This document shows, piece after piece, positions 44,152-55,400 of a stretch of DNA of 64,000 nucleotides. Below the pieces are notes generated by a model. It was given only the letters and a program-made list of their open reading frames with translations, did no database searches and was not told the DNA's origin. A program made the translations under genes and the position numbers. Origin of the DNA: Paramoeba atlantica (taxonomy: Eukaryota > Protista > Discosea); contig CDRNVI010000047.1 of NCBI GenBank assembly GCA_977017575.1, forward strand, positions 62,001 to 126,000. Direction: 5' to 3'. Position 1 is the first letter of the stretch, and every line of letters begins with the position of its first letter.

Positions 44152-45540
44152 GGGGAGGGGGGGCACTCGATGAATATTCATCGAACGGACAGTGCGTTCG
44201 ATGAATGGATTGCAGTACGACCCGTTCGATGAATCATTCATCGAACAGGATGTCCTGTTCGATGAATGAAAATGCAATTTTTTTTTGTAAAAAAAAAGCT
44301 CGTTTCGGTCTGCATCATGCTCCTGGCTGCTACCTTGATCCGTAAGACAAAAACAAATCCGAAACGTTATCAAAAAGCGGAAGGATTCTTAAAACTATTG
44401 CCACTTAAGTTTACAAAGATAAAATCATAACTTACAAATACACAAACCTGCGGAAGTGGCAGACACAGGTCCTCAGTGCGCGACCCAAAAAATATTGGGT
44501 TGGGGGTACGTTCGTTGTACTCAACGAACTGCCGGATTTTCGTTGAGTACTCAACGAACGGAAATTTACGGTGCAAGTCAAGGACTTTTGCATATGTCAA
44601 GGACTTTTGTGGAACACCCAAGAATTTTTTTTGAATTTCATTTTCCGTGCGTTCAGTATCCTACACTTCACTATATACGTTGACAACGCCTGCGTAGCGA
44701 AAACTACGAAATTCAGTGAGCTTCGCAAATTGCTTCCCACTAACGACGCACAGGGGAATCCTACGCGGGGTACGGCTCAGGCCCGCTCACGCGGGCCCTC
44801 GCCGTTTCGCGGCCGCGCGCACCCCCGCTCACGCGGGGGCCCCCGCGCGGCCAAAATGGGTACTAAAATTTGTTATCAAGGTAGTTGGGCTTCGCAAATT
44901 GCTTCCCACGAATCTAGAGAGAAGCACACGTACAATAATCTTTAACGATAAAGATACAGTTTCTGTACCTTGTTGATTATTTACTTTTTTTACCTTTCAT
45001 GGGAGTGTTCACACGCTCCAAAGCAAAAGAATCAGGAGTAGCTCCTGAGATTTTGCCGCTCCCTCCTGCCCGATGGAAAAAGAAGGCCGTGACGCCAACT
45101 CATCCGCCCGCCGTGCTAATATCCACCACCTCCGCATGGAGCGCGCGGGTCGCCAAAAAATATAATTATGTCCCAGGGCTACGCTCACAGTTGGGCCTTG
45201 CTCGCAAAGGGGGGCTTTTGCCTCCAGAAGCCGGCTACGCTCACAGTTGGGCCTTGCTCGCAGACGGGGGCCTTGCTTGCACACTTGGGCTTCGCTGACA
45301 GTTGGGCCTTGCCTCCAGACATGTAATCGAGATGGTAATGTTCAAATTCCCCCCAAAAAAAATCGAGACGAAAAATTCGTGCAGCAGTGCCCGTTGGATG
45401 AATGATTCATCGAACGCACTGCCCGTTCGATGAATATTCATCGAACGGGACGCCTGGTCATCGAACGGGACGCCGTTCAATGAATATTCATCGAACGCAC
45501 GGTGCGTTCGATGAATTTTCATCGAATGCCCCCCCTGGCC
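44152..45540. mobile_element. MITE1: non-autonomous DNA transposon, imperfect TIRs of about 55 bp starting GG, 8-bp TSD GATTTGAG
   Basis: TSD at 44144-44151 and 45541-45548; subterminal TTCGATGAATATTCATCGAA palindromes. Confidence 0.85.
44941..45150 (+). pseudogene. SL-capped 5' fragment of an R1-like retrotransposon inside MITE1
   Basis: SL-like 35-mer, then ATG 44999 MGVFTRSKAKESGVAPEILPLPP vs R1 MGMFTRSRAKERGLAPVVQPLPP. The 3' limit is approximate. Confidence 0.75.
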
Positions 45541-45690
45541 GATTTGAGTTTTTCAATCTTCACGAATACAATTTTATACGAATGCGCTGATTACGTCCCA
45601 TAGCCATTTCCCAAGATTTCGCGTATTTTGCTGTCCATTCGAGATACCTCCGTGTAGCACATTCTGCACCCTTGGGGTATTCGTCTCATG

Positions 45691-46489
45691 TTGTTGTTGT
45701 TGTTGAACTGGGCCGTTTGACTCCGAAGAGTTATGACCCCTCGACTCTCCAAGTGGGAAGGTCCGATAAATCGGTCGAAGTCAGCCACAGCAAGATGTGA
45801 CTGGCGCTCCACTTGGAGAGGAGATTCTTCCACTGAAGGAATCCAATAAATAAAAAAGCTCCAGGGTAGGAGGGGTTCGCTACTCCCCAGCGTGGTTTAA
45901 CAAGTTGTTGTTGTTGTTGAACAACAACAAGTTTAACAAGTTAATCCACGACCCTGCCTTAAAGTTTTTATGCGGATGCTACCCTAGTTTCTTGACGTCT
46001 TGTTTTGTTGACGCCGGGTAGATCCACACCATGGGCGGTGGAGAGCGCGGCGGGAGAGCGGCGGGTGGACAGCGGGGGAGAGCGCGGGCAGGTGGCGCTG
46101 CGGGTGGCGCGGCGGGTGGCGCGGCGGGTGGCGCGGCGGGTGGGGAGAGCGGAGGGTGGCGCGGCCGGGAGCGCGGAGGGTGGGGAGAGCGGCGGGTGGC
46201 GCGGAGGATGTGGAGAGCGGCGGGTGACACGGCCGGGGGCGCGGCTGGTGGCGCGGAGGGTGGGGAGAACGGCGGGAGCGCGGCGGGGAGCGCAGTGGCA
46301 AGCGTAGCGGGTGGCGCGCCCGGGAGAGCGGGGGGTGTGGAGAGCGGCGGGTGGCGCGGAGGGTGTGGAGAGCGGCGGGTGACACGGCCGGCGGCCCGGC
46401 GGGAGCGCGGCGGGAAGCACGGTGGGTGGTCAGAGGGAGGAGTGAAGGGGGTCATGGGGGAAAAGACAAAATAGAAAACAACAAGGTAC
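45691..46489 (-). mobile_element. Retro-inserted transcript (partial SL, GC-rich repeats, (CAA)n tail) with 12-bp TSD
   Basis: TSD ATTCGTCTCATG at 45679-45690 and 46490-46501; the 5' end reads GTACCTTGTTG. Confidence 0.8.
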
Positions 46490-47304
46490 ATTCGTCTCAT
46501 GTAGTCCGCTAACTCGGCAGTTCCGGGGCCCGTCACAATCGCGTACATATACGGTCGAAAGGGGTTCATTCTCGTTGACTTCGTTGCTCTTCCCCAGTAA
46601 ATCACCACCTCTTCGGGAGTAACCTTTAATATCTGTTCTGTCGAGAGTTCCGCCGTTTCCGTCCAACGAGCTGCCGTTTTCCAGCACGAAAGAGCCGTCA
46701 TGCTCTCGGATGTTGTTAGACTTCTTCTCAACCGTCTTAGAAGGACGGGAGTAATTGCAAGCATTTGTCTCTGTGGTTCTAGTCCGCCTTGCGCTTGCAA
46801 CGCCTTTCCGTAGATCTTCAATGGGGTTGCTTCGGCTCCCATGAGCGTAATAAGAGTCTGCAGATTCCTTGCGTAGGCCAGTCGTGTCGACGTCGCCAGT
46901 TTCAATGAGTCTACGAACCTGACCGCACTGAGCGCGTTTTGAGATAGGTGACGTTGTGCACAAAAGTCTTGCATCCGGAGCCACAGCCTCTCCCTCGTTC
47001 CCCACGTACTTGTTGCCCACATGGGCTCGATTGCTTTCCGAACGATCTGACCGTGCGGATCCTTTGGGTTGAGTCCGAGTATATCGCATAAAAGGTTTGA
47101 TCTCGTTTGTTCCCTTGCCAAAGGCGCTGCCGTTCCGAACACGTGTTTTCCCCTCCGAATTTGAAGTCTCGGTAAATCCGTTCTTTCCACTGCACTTGCA
47201 CTTTCCATTCGCAAGAATAAAGATGAATTCGGAGAAGAGCCTGGTAAGTTCACCCGCCGTATCCTCAACGGTCGGGCACGAGCATTTGTCGGGGTGGGGC
47301 ACAA
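46490..47304 (-). pseudogene. V6 tyrosine recombinase, N-terminal part
   Basis: WKTAARWTE; continues after the insertions to HSIKRGA and LLRY. Confidence 0.85.
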
Positions 47305-47307
47305 ATC

Positions 47308-48130
47308 CTATTGTGTGCGTCTTACGCCCGTCTGGGCGCCGCTCGCCACCCCCCCACGAAAAACCGGTTGTGGTGCCCCGCTTTGCAAACGAGGACATTG
47401 AGCGCGAACGTGACCAGTTTGGCGACAATTGTAGCATACACGCGCTCCTTTCACAACCCGTGGTAGGCGATTCACACGCAGCTGTTCCTCTGTCATGATT
47501 TGTCCGTAACGATCCTGAGGATCATCATCCTTGTGAAGGCGCTGCTGAACACGTTCTACAGGAGCTCCCGCTGCTGCCCAATAATGATTTCGAAGCTCTT
47601 CGATGAGCATTTCCGCGATACAAATGAATTGCTCATCTTTCCATCCTTCCATCACTCTAGCTGCATAAATCCACTTTACCAATATGGCAAACAAGCGCTC
47701 ACGATGTGCCGGAGGATTGAAGCGAACTCCCAGCTCCGGAGTTTCACGCAGCTCACGAACAAGCTCTCGCGGCTTAAATTCATCCAGAGAGTCGATCCAA
47801 GCCGCCCACGTCAAAGGAACAAATGAAGAAAACTTAGATGGGTCACGAACTTGCATTCCTTCCAGCGCAGCTAGCTGCTCATCACGCGGCTGTCCACCTG
47901 GCATCGCCTTGTAAACTTTAACGATAGAAAGTGCGAAATAGTCAATCAGCGGATGGGGGAACTCATACTCATTGTCGGGATCATCCTCCCACAGGGCCCA
48001 AATATCAAACTCATCACTGTTTTTCGCCTTCTTACGGTATACTTTACCCACAACAGTTTGATTCACATCTTCACCGCGCTCGGCCCATGTTGCCTGTATT
48101 TGCACCTTAAATCCCTTCTCCAGCAAAGTC
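47308..48130 (-). pseudogene. V6 gag, main part
   Basis: CYNCRQTGHVRAQC; paralogue of V4 gag. Confidence 0.85.
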
Positions 48131-48571
48131 GTTTACGGATTGAAATTCAGGAGGGATTATATTTGAATAGGGTTTGTTAATAATTATGTACGTGTATGAA
48201 CTGTATGCATTTTCGCGTGAAATTGATTTTATTCTTATGTGACTGTATTAGTGACTATTCTATTTGGGTAAAGCTTCACTCGTTTTCGCACCCGCCCACC
48301 AGCCCCCAGCCATTTGGCTGCGAGCTGAGGGGATGGTTGGCTGCGAGCTGAGGGGATGGGTCTTCCCGTTCACAAGTTACTTTGATTATGGAATTCCGGA
48401 ATATTGTTTCAAACTGTGCTGATGTGATGAGACTTGTACTCTTTGAGAAACTGATCTACATGTATGACGATTTCAATGAATTTTCGTTATGTTCTATTTC
48501 CAGTTATATTTCTTCTTAATATATCTTTTCATATTCTTTGTTAATGTACGTGAAAGCACGAACTGGATTTC
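48131..48571 (+). mobile_element. V7: solo A-linker-B unit of the V4/V6 family, inserted in V6 gag
   Basis: Starts GTTTACGGATTGAAATTCAGG and ends CTGGATTTC; the host rejoins as KKVRTLLEKG. Confidence 0.8.
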
Positions 48572-48624
48572 CTAACTTTCTTGGAGAACTGTTGTTTTTC
48601 ATTCTCAGTCATGGGATCAACTCC

Positions 48625-49120
48625 GGCTATGTCTCTACTTCGTTGAATATTCAACGAAGCGCCGTCCGTTCGTTGAATATTCAACGAAGCGCCGTCGGTT
48701 CGTTGAACGATTCAACGAACCGATTTTTTACTATTTTTTAATATTGATGTGTAGAAAACAGGACCTTTTTCTTTTGCGGATCCTATTTTGAATGAACAAC
48801 AGTGATACTGGCAATACTTCGAAAGCATTTTTGCGTCGCTTCATGGCCTTCTTGCACCTATATTTTCTAATAATACACGACGTATCTAACACCATGTTTC
48901 ATCCGTGCGTTTCACATTCATTCACAGGAATCTCCAAACGGGTTAAACTACAACAACAGAAATCTACATGAGATCGACTTGCCGAAAAAGAGTTTCTAGT
49001 ACCATGCGCTACCTTTGTTGCTCCGTTGAGACAATTTAAAATGTTAAAAAAATCGAATACTCGCTCGAAAAAAAATTAAAATCCTGTTCGTTGAATATTC
49101 AACGAAGTAGAGACGTACCC
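48625..49120. mobile_element. MITE2: 496-bp non-autonomous DNA transposon, TIRs of about 34 bp starting GG, 8-bp TSD TCAACTCC
   Basis: TSD at 48617-48624 and 49121-49128; TIR GG(C/G)TA(T/C)GTCTCTACTTCGTTGAATATTCAACGAA. Confidence 0.9.
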
Positions 49121-49425
49121 TCAACTCCATTTCCGTCTCGCAACAAATTCGCAACTTGGTCCGCACTTAGAACTTGTTCGATACGTGACTCAATCCCTTC
49201 AGGGGCACCAGGAGTGCCAAACAACTGGTGCGACATGAAAAACAAAAACTAGTGGTAACGTTCGGATGAAAATAGTCTCTAAAATAGTCAAATAATTGTG
49301 TATATGTCAAATTGTTCATGATTAGAAAAAACGGTGATATAATTCGAATAATATTCCTAAGCCCAAAACTACAACAGTATGGAGCATAATGTTTGCCCTC
49401 CTGAATTTCAAATCGTAAACTTATA

Positions 49426-52400
49426 CAAAGACTGAGACCACGCGCAGCAGCAGCGGTGCGCCAAAGTCGATTTATGCTCTCGTGAGTGCGCGCTCCGAAT
49501 GTTGATGGATTTGCGTTGCGCGATCCGAGGCACCGCACACGCAAATCGCCTCGATTGAAGTCGTGAAGTCGCAAAACTTTGATATGCCTTTTTCTGAGAA
49601 CCGAAAGCTGAGACCACGCGCAGCACGCAGCGGTGCGCCAAATAAGATTTATGCACTCGTGAGTGCGCGCTCCGAATGTTGATGGATTTGCGTTGCGCGA
49701 TCCGAGGCACCGCACACGCAAATCGCCTCGATTGAAGTCGTGAAGTCACAAAACTTTGATATGCCTTTTTCTGAAAACCGAAAGCTGAGACCACGCGAAG
49801 CACGTAGCGGTGCGCCAAATAAGATTTATGCACTCGTGATTGCGCGCTCCGAATGTTGATGGATTTGCGTTGCGCGATCCGAGACAACGCACACGCGAAT
49901 CGCCGCGATTGAAGTCGTGAAGTCACAAAACTTTGATATGCCTTTTTCTGAAAACCAAAAACTGAGACCACGCGCAGCAGCAGCGGTGCGCCAAAGTGGA
50001 TTTATGCACTCGTGAGTGCGCGCTCCGAATGTTGATGGATTTGCGTTGCGCGATCCGAGGCACCGCACACGCAAATCGCCTCGATTGAAGTCGTGAAGTC
50101 ACAAAACTTTGATATGCCTTTTTCTGAAAACCGAAAGCTGAGACCACGCGAAGCACGTAGCGGTGCGCCAAATAAGATTTATGCACTCGTGATTGCGCGC
50201 TCCGAATGTTGATGGATTTGCGTTGCGCGATCCGAGACAACGCACACGCGAATCGCCGCGATTGAAGTCGTGAAGTCACAAAACTTTGATATGCCTTTTT
50301 CTGAAAACCAAAAACTGAGACCACGCGCAGCAGCAGCGGTGCGCCAAAGTGGATTTATGCACTCGTGATTGCGCGCTCCGAATGTTGATGGATTTGCGTT
50401 GCGCGATCCGAGACAACGCACACGCGAATCGCCGCGATTGAAGTCGTGAAGTCACAAAACTTTGATATGCCTTTTTCTGAAAACCAAAAACTGAGACCAC
50501 GCGCAGCAGCAGCGGTGCGCCAAAGTGGATTTATGCACTCGTGAGTGCGCGCTCCGAATGTTGATGGATTTGCGTTGCGCGATCCGAGGCACCGCACACG
50601 CAAATCGCCTCGATTGAAGTCGTGAAGTCACAAAACTTTGATATGCCTTTTTCTGAAAACCGAAAGCTGAGACCACGCGAAGCACGTAGCGGTGCGCCAA
50701 ATAAGATTTATGCACTCGTGATTGCGCGCTCCGAATGTTGATGGATTTGCGTTGCGCGATCCGAGACAACGCACACGCGAATCGCCGCGATTGAAGTCGT
50801 GAAGTCACAAAACTTTGATATGCCTTTTTCTGAAAACCAAAAACTGAGACCACGCGCAGCAGCAGCGGTGCGCCAAAGTGGATTTATGCACTCGTGATTG
50901 CGCGCTCCGAATGTTGATGGATTTGCGTTGCGCGATCCGAGACAACGCACACGCGAATCGCCGCGATTGAAGTCGTGAAGTCACAAAACTTTGATATGCC
51001 TTTTTCTGAAAACCGAAAGCTGAGACCACGCGCAGCACGCAGCGGTGCGCCAAATAAGATTTATGCACTCGTGAGTGCGCGCTCCGAATGTTGATGGATT
51101 TGCGTTGCGCGATCCGAGGCACCGCACACGCAAATCGCCTCGATTGAAGTCGTGAAGTCGCAAAACTTTGATATGCCTTTTTCTGAAAACCGAAAGCTGA
51201 GACCACGCGCAGCACGCAGCGGTGCGCCAAATAAGATTTATGCACTCGTGAGTGCGCGCTCCGAATGTTGATGGATTTGCGTTGCGCGATCCGAGGCACC
51301 GCACACGCAAATCGCCTCGATTGAAGTCGTGAAGTCGCAAAACTTTGATATGCCTTTTTCTGAGAACCGAAAGCTGAGACCACGCGCAGCACGCAGCGGT
51401 GCGCCAAATAAGATTTATGCACTCGTGAGTGCGCGCTCCGAATGTTGATGGATTTGCGTTGCGCGATCCGAGGCACCGCACACGCAAATCGCCTCGATTG
51501 AAGTCGTGAAGTCACAAAACTTTGATATGCCTTTTTCTGAAAACCGAAAGCTGAGACCACGCGAAGCACGTAGCGGTGCGCCAAATAAGATTTATGCACT
51601 CGTGATTGCGCGCTCCGAATGTTGATGGATTTGCGTTGCGCGATCCGAGGCACCGCACACGCAAATCGCCGCGATCGAAGTCGTGAAGTCGCAAAACTTT
51701 GATATGCCTTTTTCTGAAAACCGAAAGCTGGGACCACGCGCAGCACGCAGCGGTGCGCCAAAGTGGATTTATACACTCGTGAGTGTGCGCTCCGAGTGTT
51801 GATGGATTTGCGTTGCGCGATCCGAGACAACGCACACGCGAATCGCCTCGATTGAAGTCGTGAAGTCGCAAAACTTTGATATGCCTTTTTCTGAAAACCG
51901 AAAGCTGAGACCACGCGCAGCACGCAGCGGTGCGCCAAATAAGATTTATGCACTCGTGAGTGCGCGCTCCGAATGTTGATGGATTTGCGTTGCGCGATCC
52001 GAGGCACCGCACACGCAAATCGCCTCGATTGAAGTCGTGAAGTCGCAAAACTTTGATATGCCTTTTTCTGAGAACCGAAAGCTGAGACCACGCGCAGCAC
52101 GCAGCGGTGCGCCAAATAAGATTTATGCACTCGTGAGTGCGCGCTCCGAATGTTGATGGATTTGCGTTGCGCGATCCGAGGCACCGCACACGCAAATCGC
52201 CGCGATCGAAGTCGTGAAGTCGCAAAACTTTGATATGCCTTTTTCTGAAAACCGAAAGCTGGGACCACGCGCAGCACGCAGCGGTGCGCCAAAGTGGATT
52301 TATGCACTCGTGAGTGTGCGCTCCGAGTGTTGATGGATTTGCGTTGCGCGATCCGAGACAACGCACACGCGAATCGCCTCGATTGAAGTCGTGAAGTCGC

Positions 52401-55400
52401 AAAACTTTGATATGCCTTTTTCTGAGAACCGAAAGCTGAGACCACGCGCAGCACGCAGCGGTGCGCCAAATAAGATTTATGCACTCGTGAGTGCGCGCTC
52501 CGAATGTTGATGGATTTGCGTTGCGCGATCCGAGGCACCGCACACGCAAATCGCCGCGATCGAAGTCGTGAAGTCGCAAAACTTTGATATGCCTTTTTCT
52601 GAAAACCGAAAGCTGGGACCACGCGCAGCACGCAGCGGTGCGCCAAAGTGGATTTATGCACTCTTGAGTGTGCGCTCCGAGTGTTGATGGATTAGCGTTG
52701 CGCGATCCGAGACAACGCACACGCGAATCGCCGCGATTGAAGTCGTGAAGTCACAAAACTTTGATATGCCTTTTTCTGAGAACCGAAAGCTGAGACCACG
52801 CGCAGCACGCAGCGGTGCGCCAAAGTGGATTTATGCACTCGTGATTGCGCGCTCCGAATGTTGATGGATTTGCGTTGCGCGATCCGAGGCACCGCACACG
52901 CGAATCGCCGCGATCGAAGTCGTGAAGTCGCAAAACTTTGATATGCCTTTTTCTGAAAACCGAAAGCTGAGACCACGCGCAGCACGCAGCGGTGCGCCAA
53001 AGTGGATTTATGCACTCTTGAGTGTGCGCTGCGAATGTTGATGGATTTGCGTTGCGCGATCCGAGACAACGCACTCGCAAATCGCCGCGATTGAAGTCGT
53101 GAAGTCACAAAATTTTGATATGCCTTTTTCTGAGAACCGAAAGCTGAGACCACGCGCAGCACGCAGCGGTGCGCCAAAGTGGATTTATGCACTCGTGAGT
53201 GCGCGCTCCGAATGTTGATGGATTTGCGTTGCGCGATCCGAGACAACGCACACGCGAATCGCCGCGATTGAAGTCGTGAAGTCACAAAACTTTGATATGC
53301 CTTTTTCTGAAAACCAAAAACTGAGACCACGCGCAGCAGCAGCGGTGCGCCAAAGTGGACTTATGCACTATTGAGTGCGCGCTCCGAATGTTGATGGATT
53401 TGCGTTGCGCGATCCGAGACAGCGCACACGCGAATCGCCGCGATTGAAGTCGTGAAGTCACAAAACTTTGATATGCCTTTTTCTGAAAACCGAAAGCTGA
53501 GACCACGCGCAGCACGCAGCGGTGCGCCAAAGTGGATTTATGCACTCTTGAGTGTGCGCTGCGAATGTTGATGGATTTGCGTTGCGCGATCCGAGACAAC
53601 GCACTCGCAAATCGCCGCGATTGAAGTCGTGAAGTCACAAAATTTTGATATGCCTTTTTCTGAGAACCGAAAGCTGAGACCACGCGCAGCACGCAGCGGT
53701 GCGCCAAATAAGATTTATGAACTCGTGATTGAGCGCTCCGAATGTTTATGGATTTGCGTTGCGCGATCCGAGGCACCGCACACGCAAATCGCCTCGATTG
53801 AAGTCATGAAGTCGCAAAACTTTGATATGCCTTTTTCTGAGAACCGAAAGCTGAGACCACGCGCAGCACGCAGCGGTGCGCCAAATAAGATTTATGCACT
53901 CGTGAGTGCGCGCTCCGAATGTTGATGGATTTGCGTTGCGCGATCCGAGGCACCGCACACGCAAATCGCCTCGATTAAAGTCGTGAAGTCGCAAAACTTT
54001 GATATGCCTTTTTCTGAAAACCGAAAGCTGAGACCACGCGCAGCACGCAGCGGTGCGCCAAATAAGATTTATGCACTCGTGAGTGCGCGCTCCGAATGTT
54101 GATGGATTTGCGTTGCGCGATCCGAGGCACCGCACACGCAAATCGCCGCGATCGAAGTCGTGAAGTCGCAAAACTTTGATATGCCTTTTTCTGAGAACCG
54201 AAAGCTGAGACCACGCGCAGCACGCAGCGGTGCGCCAAATAAGATTTATGCACTCGTGAGTGCGCGCTCCGAATGTTGATGGATTTGCGTTGCGCGATCC
54301 GAGGCACCGCACACGCAAATCGCCTCGATTGAAGTCGTGAAGTCACAAAACTTTGATATGCCTTTTTCTGAGAACCGAAAGCTGAGACCACGCGCAGCAC
54401 GCAGCGGTGCGCCAAATAAGATTTATGCACTCGTGAGTGCGCGCTCCGAATGTTGATGGATTTGCGTTGCGCGATCCGAGGCACCGCACACGCAAATCGC
54501 CTCGATTGAAGTCGTGAAGTCGCAAAACTTTGATATGCCTTTTTCTGAAAACCGAAAGCTGAGACCACGCGCAGCACGCAGCGGTGCGCCAAATAAGATT
54601 TATGCACTCGTGAGTGCGCGCTCCGAATGTTGATGGATTTGCGTTGCGCGATCCGAGGCACCGCACACGCAAATCGCCTCGATTGAAGTCGTGAAGTCGC
54701 AAAACTTTGATATGCCTTTTTCTGAGAACCGAAAGCTGAGACCACGCGCAGCACGCAGCGGTGCGCCAAATAAGATTTATGCACTCGTGAGTGCGCGCTC
54801 CGAATGTTGATGGATTTGCGTTGCGCGATCCGAGGCACCGCACACGCAAATCGCCGCGATCGAAGTCGTGAAGTCGCAAAACTTTGATATGCCTTTTTCT
54901 GAAAACCGAAAGCTGGGACCACGCGCAGCACGCAGCGGTGCGCCAAAGTGGATTTATGCACTCGTGAGTGCGCGCTCCGAATGTTGATGGATTTGCGTTG
55001 CGCGATCCGAGACAACGCACTCGCAAATCGCCGCGATTGAAGTCGTGAAGTCACAAAATTTTGATATGCCTTTTTCTGAGAACCGAAAGCTGAGACCACG
55101 CGCAGCACGCAGCGGTGCGCCAAATAAGATTTATGAACTCGTGATTGAGCGCTCCGAATGTTTATGGATTTGCGTTGCGCGATCCGAGGCACCGCACACG
55201 CAAATCGCCTCGATTGAAGTCATGAAGTCGCAAAACTTTGATATGCCTTTTTCTGAGAACCGAAAGCTGAGACCACGCGCAGCACGCAGCGGTGCGCCAA
55301 ATAAGATTTATGCACTCGTGAGTGCGCGCTCCGAATGTTGATGGATTTGCGTTGCGCGATCCGAGGCACCGCACACGCAAATCGCCTCGATTAAAGTCGT

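Larger units (their letters stand above)
43846..45593 (+). mobile_element. Solo A-B terminal unit of the V3 family, inserted in the V6 YR gene
   Basis: Starts TGAGAACTTG and ends GCGCTGATTA like V3; no TSD; splits GYGT|HSIKRGA. Confidence 0.88.
41719..49425 (-). mobile_element. V6: VIPER-like YR retrotransposon inserted in the satellite, carrying nested insertions
   Basis: Left end TATAAGTTTACG at 49425, right end CCTGGATTTC at 41719. gag = 49236-49121 + 48616-48572 + 48130-47308; YR = 47304-46490 + 45678-45594 + 43845-43657. All pieces rejoin in frame. Confidence 0.88.

Noticed and set aside
45968-46474. Pro/Ala- and Gly-rich ORFs on both strands as genes
   Set aside because: Low-complexity GC repeats are open in most frames and no domain is recognisable.
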